Positions 58,936 through 64,000 of a DNA stretch of 64,000 nt are shown piece after piece (the stretch's first letter is position 1; each line of letters opens with the position of its first letter). The notes under the pieces are model-generated. The model did not search any database and was not told where the DNA came from. It saw only the letters and a list, made by a program, of their open reading frames with translations. This stretch comes from Chloroflexota bacterium (lineage in GTDB: Bacteria; Chloroflexota; UBA11872; VXNJ01), in contig CAXXYJ010000077.1 of assembly GCA_963664795.2 (NCBI GenBank), forward strand, positions 6,727 to 70,726, given 5' to 3'. Made by a program: the position numbers and the translations under genes.

Positions 58936-59577
58936 CTAAATGTCCATATCCGGTTCCGGCGGAGGGGTTTCGGAGAGCACTTTGCGGCAGTGCGCCCGGT
59001 AGCGCGCGAAACGCGACCCGGGTTTGAATTCGGGCTCGGTCGCCTCCATCGCCTCGAGCGCCCCCTCGCCATCGATCAGCAGGGTGCGGATCTTCAGCAG
59101 CGCGTAGGCGGTTTCCGGGTGCTTCTGGCACAGGTAGGCGTAGAAGGAACCGGCGGTGCGCTCGAACCGCCCGACCGCGACGGAATCGCGCGCAAAGATC
59201 TCGACCTGGCGCAGGGGCCTGCGCCAGCCCTTGCCCAGGCGGAAGTCGATCTGGTCGAGCAGGTATCCGTATTCGCCGAGGATCATCCGGAGCCGGAACG
59301 CCAGGTCGTCCAGGGTGAGCTTGGACACGTCGGTCGGGGCGATCTCGGCCGATTCGGCCAGGTCGTCCCAGTCGGCGTCGACATCGGGGTACAGGGCCGC
59401 AAATTCTTCGCGCAGACGATCGGAGATCGTCGGGTCGGCCCCCAGGTAGGCAAGGTGCCGCGGGGTCGCCTCAGGCTGCTCCGGGTCGTCGGCGACTATC
59501 CAGGCGACGCGGACCATGCGCTCGCGCCCGTTGGGCAGGGTGCGCTGCTCCCGGTACCAGACCAGCCGCGCCTGCAC
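58936..59577 (-). CDS. Hypothetical protein (no recognised domain)
   Basis: 213-aa ORF with coding-like composition, same strand, between infC and the second MoxR gene. Confidence 0.55.
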   Translation of the reverse strand: MQARLVWYREQRTLPNGRERMVRVAWIVADDPEQPEATPRHLAYLGADPTISDRLREEFAALYPDVDADWDDLAESAEIAPTDVSKLTLDDLAFRLRMILGEYGYLLDQIDFRLGKGWRRPLRQVEIFARDSVAVGRFERTAGSFYAYLCQKHPETAYALLKIRTLLIDGEGALEAMEATEPEFKPGSRFARYRAHCRKVLSETPPPEPDMDI

Positions 59578-59608
59578 CCTCTCCCGCCAGGGCCGCGCCT
59601 GCGGCCGG

Positions 59609-60151
59609 CTAGCGCTTCCGCGCTACCGAGCCGCGGTCGGGACCGGGCACCAGGATCACCGCGAACGAACCGTTGCTCTCGGACGAAATCGGGTTTTCCA
59701 CGTGGCCGATGCCGTCGAGCCGGGTGACCACCTTGTTGAGGAGTTCGGCCGCCAGTTCGGGATAGACGCGTTCGCGTCCGCGCATGCGCACGGTGGCCTT
59801 GACTTTCGCTCCGTTGGACAGGAACTTCGACATTCTTTTCAGCTTGGTGTCGATGTCCTGGTCGGAGGTCACCGGCCGGAAGCGGACTTCCTTCACGTCA
59901 CCGGATCGCTGGTTCTTGCGGCTGTTGCGGTCCTTGCGCTCCTGCCGATAGCGGTATTTGCCGTAATCGAGCAATTTAGCTACCGGCGGGACGGCGTTGG
60001 GTGCCACTTCGACCAGATCGAGCCCCTTCTGGCGCGCCAACGCAAGCGCGTTGACGGTGGGCATCACGCCCAGCTTTTCGTTCTGATCGTCGATCAACAG
60101 AACCTCGCGGTGGCCGATGCCATCGTTGGTGCGAAGTTCCTTCGCGCTCAT
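59609..60151 (-). CDS. infC: Translation initiation factor IF-3
   Basis: ELRTNDGIGHREVLLIDDQNEKLGVM, ALALARQKGLDLVEVAP, KEVRFRP.....D...K. Confidence 0.95.
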   Translation of the reverse strand: MSAKELRTNDGIGHREVLLIDDQNEKLGVMPTVNALALARQKGLDLVEVAPNAVPPVAKLLDYGKYRYRQERKDRNSRKNQRSGDVKEVRFRPVTSDQDIDTKLKRMSKFLSNGAKVKATVRMRGRERVYPELAAELLNKVVTRLDGIGHVENPISSESNGSFAVILVPGPDRGSVARKR

Positions 60152-60397
60152 GTTCTAGGGCCGCTCCTGCTGCTGATTGCGCTCCATTATTGGCGCGCTT
60201 TATCGTCTACTCCATATTGGCGAAAATAGCAGACGATTGCCAACTAATACTCCCAAAAGGCGATTGGCCGCGCCGTCGAGACCTTTTCCGACCGGTCCGG
60301 CAACTGGCAAATTGAAGTCGGAGGCGACCGACTTGGCGCAACTGCAGCGGGTTAGCGCGTCTGCTTCAGACAGGCGTTTTCGCGACGTGCCCACGCT

Positions 60398-62668
60398 ATG
60401 AAGTCCCTGCAGGCATCGTTGCGCGGCGGTATTCCCAGCAATTCCTCCACCAACGCCGTAAGCATCAATCCGCCGCTGCGGCGCAGCCGTTTCGGTTCGA
60501 TGCACTTGCTGGCGGAGGGCGCCACCTCCGAGATCCGGCAGCAGTTCGGCAATTCCCTGGTTTCGAGTTACTACCGCCAGACCGGCGATACGGTGGCGGC
60601 CAACATGACCCTGGCGATCCGGGCGGCGCTGGCGGTCGCCGAAGACCGGGCCCGATTCAGCGGCGACCGGCGACTTGGATTCACGGTCGCGGTGGCGGCC
60701 GAGGATTCGCTGCACCTGTTCCAGCTGGCGCCGACGCTGGCCTGCTTCTACCGCAACGATGAGGTCTTGAAGCTCCCCGCCGCCGGGCTGGATCCGGCCA
60801 TCGGGCGGCTGGACCGGGGGGTGGAGCACTACTCGACCAGGTTCGAGCCCTCCGACGTTCTTGTCCTGCTGAACTCGCACGCCGGCGGATCGCTCACCCG
60901 AACCGAACTTTCCACCCTGATGCGCCGCCGCAGCCCGTCCGCGACCGCCCAGCAGCTGGTGCTGCTGCTGGCCCGGCGCGGAGTCCTGGACTGCGACGCG
61001 CTGGTCCTCCAGGACCCGGCCCAGGCGACCTACCCCAGCACCGGCGAGACATCGTCGCGGATCGAGGTGCCCGTATGGCGGCGACCCCCGATCGCCGAGC
61101 GCAGCCCGGCCGCGGAGGGCACCGAGGATCCGGTCGAAGCTCTGCTGCAGGACGAGGAGCGCGGCGCCCTGATCGACGCCCGCGCCGCCCGCAGGTCGGC
61201 GGGCCAGCCGGTCGCGCGGTCGGAGGGCGCCGGCAGGGACGGGCTGGCCGCGACCGGAGCCATCCGGACGGTCTGGTCAAAGGTCCGGAGGGTGCTGTTC
61301 GGCGAACCCGACCCGATCGCCATCGACGGGTCGTATGTCGAGGAAAACCCGCGCCCGGCCGAACCGGGTAAGCCGCCGCGACCGCTCGACGGGGTCAAAC
61401 TCGAATCGCCGCGCCGCCGCCGCTTCGGCGACCTGGGCGGCGATTCGGTGTCGGCCTCGCGGAGACCCTCGCGCCGGCTCGGCCTGGGCGCGGCGATCCT
61501 GGTTGTCGCGGTCGCCCTGCTGCTGCTGGTGCTCGCCCTGGTCGGCCTGCGTCCGCCCGAGCCCGCCGCGCCGGACGAAGGGCCGTTCGTCCCGCTGGCG
61601 GTGACGACCGCCGCACCGGTGCAAACGGCCGCCGCCGCGGAAGCGTTCGCGCGGGCCCAGCAGGTGCTGGGCGATGCGGTCGCGCAGAGCGATGACGGCC
61701 AGGCCCTGGTGCTGGCCCTGGAAGCTGAAAACCAGGCCCGGCTGGCGCTGGAATTGGGCGCCGCCGAGCCGGACGTGGATGCGCTGCTGGCCCAGATCGA
61801 AGCCGAGCAGGACCGCCGCAACCACGTGTACCGGGTCGCAACCAGCCGCGTCCTGGGCGAGTTCGGCGCCGACATCGGTTTCGCGACCGGGAACCAGCTC
61901 GAGGTGGTCGACGGCACCTACTACGTCCTCGACGCCACCGCCAACCGCCTGATCGAGATTTCTGAACCCGGACAGCCGCAGACCACCCAGCTGGACGGGA
62001 CGCCGCTCGCCGGCCGGCCCATCAGCGCGCTGGTCGACAGACCGCTGGGGCTGCAGGTCATATCGCGCGACGGCGTGATCCTGGGCATCGACAACGACGA
62101 CAGCCGCGCCAGCCTGCTCCTGGTCGATCCGCCCGCCTGGGGCGACCTGGCCGACGCCGACAACTTCCAGAACAACCTCTACCGGCTGCAGCCGGACGCC
62201 AACCAGATCTACAAGTACACCCCCACGACCCTGGGTTACGAGCTGGAGCCGGTCCCCTTCCTCGAGCAGGAGGTCGACATCGGCGATGCGGTCGACATGG
62301 CCATCGACGGCGACGTCTACCTGCTCCTCGGCGACAATCAGATCCAGCGCTATCGGGTCGGGCAGCAGGTGCTGTTCGACGTTTCCGATCTGGACAAACC
62401 CCTGGCCGACCCGACATTGATTTACACCGACCAGCGACTTGAGAGTCTGTACGTCGTCGACGCCGCGTTCGCGCGCATCGTCGAATTGAACAAGCGGCCC
62501 GGCCAGGAGGGCGGATTCATCCGCCAACTCCTCTACACCGGGTCGGACGACTTTTTCGCCGACGTGCGCGGCCTGTGGGTAGACGAAGCGGCCGGCACGA
62601 TGGTGGTGCTGGGGGCCGATTCGCTGCGCGAATTCGTGCTGCCGGCGCTGCGCGCCGGCGACGGTTGA
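60398..62668 (+). CDS. Large single-pass membrane protein, unknown function
   Basis: 756 aa. About 370-aa cytoplasmic part, TM helix LGLGAAILVVAVALLLLVLALVGL, then about 350-aa extracytoplasmic part with repeated strand-like segments. The start may be internal (for example MHLLAEG). Confidence 0.65.
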   Translation: MKSLQASLRGGIPSNSSTNAVSINPPLRRSRFGSMHLLAEGATSEIRQQFGNSLVSSYYRQTGDTVAANMTLAIRAALAVAEDRARFSGDRRLGFTVAVAAEDSLHLFQLAPTLACFYRNDEVLKLPAAGLDPAIGRLDRGVEHYSTRFEPSDVLVLLNSHAGGSLTRTELSTLMRRRSPSATAQQLVLLLARRGVLDCDALVLQDPAQATYPSTGETSSRIEVPVWRRPPIAERSPAAEGTEDPVEALLQDEERGALIDARAARRSAGQPVARSEGAGRDGLAATGAIRTVWSKVRRVLFGEPDPIAIDGSYVEENPRPAEPGKPPRPLDGVKLESPRRRRFGDLGGDSVSASRRPSRRLGLGAAILVVAVALLLLVLALVGLRPPEPAAPDEGPFVPLAVTTAAPVQTAAAAEAFARAQQVLGDAVAQSDDGQALVLALEAENQARLALELGAAEPDVDALLAQIEAEQDRRNHVYRVATSRVLGEFGADIGFATGNQLEVVDGTYYVLDATANRLIEISEPGQPQTTQLDGTPLAGRPISALVDRPLGLQVISRDGVILGIDNDDSRASLLLVDPPAWGDLADADNFQNNLYRLQPDANQIYKYTPTTLGYELEPVPFLEQEVDIGDAVDMAIDGDVYLLLGDNQIQRYRVGQQVLFDVSDLDKPLADPTLIYTDQRLESLYVVDAAFARIVELNKRPGQEGGFIRQLLYTGSDDFFADVRGLWVDEAAGTMVVLGADSLREFVLPALRAGDG

Positions 62669-62677
62669 GCCCGGAAT

Positions 62678-62751
62678 TGGAGCAGGCAGCGGGAATCGAA
62701 CCCGCCTCTCAACCTTGGGAAGGTCGCGTTCTACCGATGAACTATGCCTGC
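62678..62751 (-). tRNA. tRNA-Gly (anticodon CCC), CCA encoded
   Basis: Manual cloverleaf of the reverse strand: GCAGGCA-TA-GTTC-ATCGGTA-GAAC-G-CGACC-TTCCCAA-GGTTG-AGAG-GCGGG-TTCGATT-CCCGC-TGCCTGC-T-CCA. All four stems pair; U33, A37 and the GG and TTCGA loops are present; discriminator is U. Confidence 0.9.
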
Positions 62752-63004
62752 CTGCCCGATTGGATGGGGGTTACATACTTAACTAGCCAAGGGCAGAAGC
62801 GTTCGTATTATGTCGGCTCCCATGTGCTATCATTGCCTCACAAAAGGGGCTCGAAAGACCCCTCGCGGGCGAGGTTTTTCCCGCGGTCGTGGGCGACACG
62901 ACGGAAATGCATGGTAACGCTAGTTAGATATGCAAGCCTCAAATTCTATTTGCCCGGTCCCGCCGCCGGGTCGCCGGGCACGCCCGGCGGGGCGGGCTGA
63001 CGGT

Positions 63005-64000
63005 TTGCTAAAACGCGAATACGACTGCGGCCGCCTGCGCCCCGGGAACGTCGGCGAGCAGGTCACCCTGGGCGGCTGGGTCCACCGGCGCCGCGACCAC
63101 GGCGGGCTGGCCTTCGTCGACCTGCGCGACCGCTACGGGATCACCCAGGTCGTGTTCGATCCCAGCGAAGGGCCGAAGGCGCATGAACTGGCCGGCGACC
63201 TGCGGGCCGAATGGGTGGTCCTGGTTCGCGGCACAGTCCGGCTGCGCCCGGAAGGGACCGCCAATCCGGGCCTTGCGACCGGCGAGATCGAGGTCCTGGC
63301 CCGGGACCTGGAAGTCGTCAACGCGTCCCAGACCCCGCCGTTTGCGATCGACGACCAGGTGTCGGCCGGACCGGCGCTGCGCATGCGGCACCGCTACCTG
63401 GACCTGCGCCGTCCCGGCCAGCGGGCGGTGCTCGAACTGCGCCACCGGATCGTCAAGCTGATGCGCGACTACCTCGACGAGCGCGGCTTCCTCGAGATCG
63501 AGACTCCGCTGCTGATCAAGTCGACGCCGGAGGGAGCGCGCGATTTCGTGGTCCCGTCGCGCCTGCATCCGGGTCAGTTCTACGCCCTGCCGCAGTCGCC
63601 CCAGCAGATGAAGCAGCTGCTCATGATCGCCGGACTGGACAAGTACTTCCAGATCGCCAAGTGCTTCCGCGACGAGGACCCGCGCGCCGACCGGAGCGTG
63701 GAATTTACCCAGCTGGACATCGAGATGGCCTTCGTCGACAGCGAAGACGTCATCGGCCTCGTTGAATCGCTCTACTGCCGGATCGCCGCCGGCCTTGCGC
63801 CGGAGAAGTCGTTTGCCGAGCCGTTCCCGCGGCTCGATTACTACGAATGCCTCGACCGCTACGGCACCGATGCGCCCGATCTGCGCGTCGACCTGGAGAT
63901 CCGGGACATATCCGACCTGGCGGCCGACTCGGGCTTTAGAGCCTTTTCCGGCGCGCTGGCCGAGGGCGGCCGGGTCCGGGCGCTGAAAATTCCCGGCTGC
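63005..64000 (+). CDS. aspS: Aspartate--tRNA ligase, N-terminal 332 codons (runs off the right edge)
   Basis: Not in the ORF track because no stop lies in the window. From TTG 63005: (M)LKREYDCGRLRPGNVGEQVTLGGWVHRRRDHGGLAFVDLRDRYGITQVVF (OB domain), RHRYLDLRR, FLEIETPLL.KSTPEGARDF.VPSR (motif 2 region), FYALPQSPQQMKQLLM, FQIAKCFRDED. An in-frame ATG at 62930 is an alternative start. Confidence 0.9.
   Translation, partial: MLKREYDCGRLRPGNVGEQVTLGGWVHRRRDHGGLAFVDLRDRYGITQVVFDPSEGPKAHELAGDLRAEWVVLVRGTVRLRPEGTANPGLATGEIEVLARDLEVVNASQTPPFAIDDQVSAGPALRMRHRYLDLRRPGQRAVLELRHRIVKLMRDYLDERGFLEIETPLLIKSTPEGARDFVVPSRLHPGQFYALPQSPQQMKQLLMIAGLDKYFQIAKCFRDEDPRADRSVEFTQLDIEMAFVDSEDVIGLVESLYCRIAAGLAPEKSFAEPFPRLDYYECLDRYGTDAPDLRVDLEIRDISDLAADSGFRAFSGALAEGGRVRALKIPGC

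Noticed and set aside
62886-62920. T-box riboswitch for aspS: a hairpin loop containing GAC followed by A (Asp codon), and TGGTAACGC resembling the T-box UGGNACCGCG
   Set aside because: The putative specifier and the UGG element are only about 15 nt apart, far too close to span a tRNA. The UGG is largely base-paired in the best local fold rather than in a 7-nt bulge. No Stem I platform, AG bulge or GNUGNA elements were seen.
62930-63004. In-frame ATG at 62930 as the aspS start
   Set aside because: It would add 25 residues (MQASNSICPVPPPGRRARPAGRADG) absent from typical AspRS N-termini, and it would lie inside the GC hairpin. TTG 63005 gives the usual M.K/R..YCG.LR spacing. Not excluded without experimental data.

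Overview
64 kb of high-G+C (by eye about 65-72%) bacterial chromosome, densely coded and mostly housekeeping. My guess is Chloroflexota or Actinomycetota; the Val/Glu-repeat linker on the lipoprotein solute-binding protein points to Chloroflexota, but this is inference only.

Left to right the window holds:
- a secD 5' fragment, a phosphoribosyltransferase and an NHL-repeat protein;
- a small polysaccharide cluster (Wzz-like protein, degenerate BY-kinase-fold protein, two GT4 glycosyltransferases, a polyprenyl-phosphate sugar transferase);
- a sugar ABC transporter whose ATPase gene is separated from the binding-protein and permease genes by a roughly 2.4 kb low-G+C islet carrying an AbiEi/AbiEii-like pair;
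- a dual-specificity phosphatase, a rhodanese and a HAD hydrolase;
- the ribD-ribE-ribBA-ribH operon, coaE, an HExxH lipoprotein, rplS, rnhB, a DedA-like protein, apbC/mrp, birA, an RraA-like protein and fpr;
- a heavily frameshifted flavoprotein disulfide reductase, two tandem MFS paralogues, yhaM and two tandem amidases;
- an orphan Phd/YefM-type antitoxin, a frameshifted rluB, an enolase-superfamily enzyme, a frameshifted DUF255/YyaL-like gene and a split UxaA-type dehydratase;
- nnr-acpS-acyP, ruvB, ruvA, ruvC and yebC;
- a MoxR-DUF58-DUF4129 operon, nadB-nadC, ogt, a second partner-less MoxR, infC, a 756-aa membrane protein, tRNA-Gly(CCC) and the 5' part of aspS.

I found no rRNA, CRISPR array, transposase or integrase.

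The ORF track misses secD and aspS because they are edge-truncated, and it hides several real genes inside longer GC-driven ORFs.

The most notable signals are:
- the low-G+C AbiE-like islet, whose antitoxin-like protein has an unassigned ~140-aa N-terminal region;
- 11-12 single-base indels, nearly all in short homopolymer runs, that break four otherwise well-conserved genes (seven in one gene);
- a RibBA whose DHBP-synthase half has lost its catalytic residues;
- a Wzz-like protein paired with a dead BY-kinase-fold protein;
- a partner-less MoxR next to an uncharacterised protein.

I cannot show from sequence alone that any of these is a new biological system. The islet and the MoxR pair are the best candidates.
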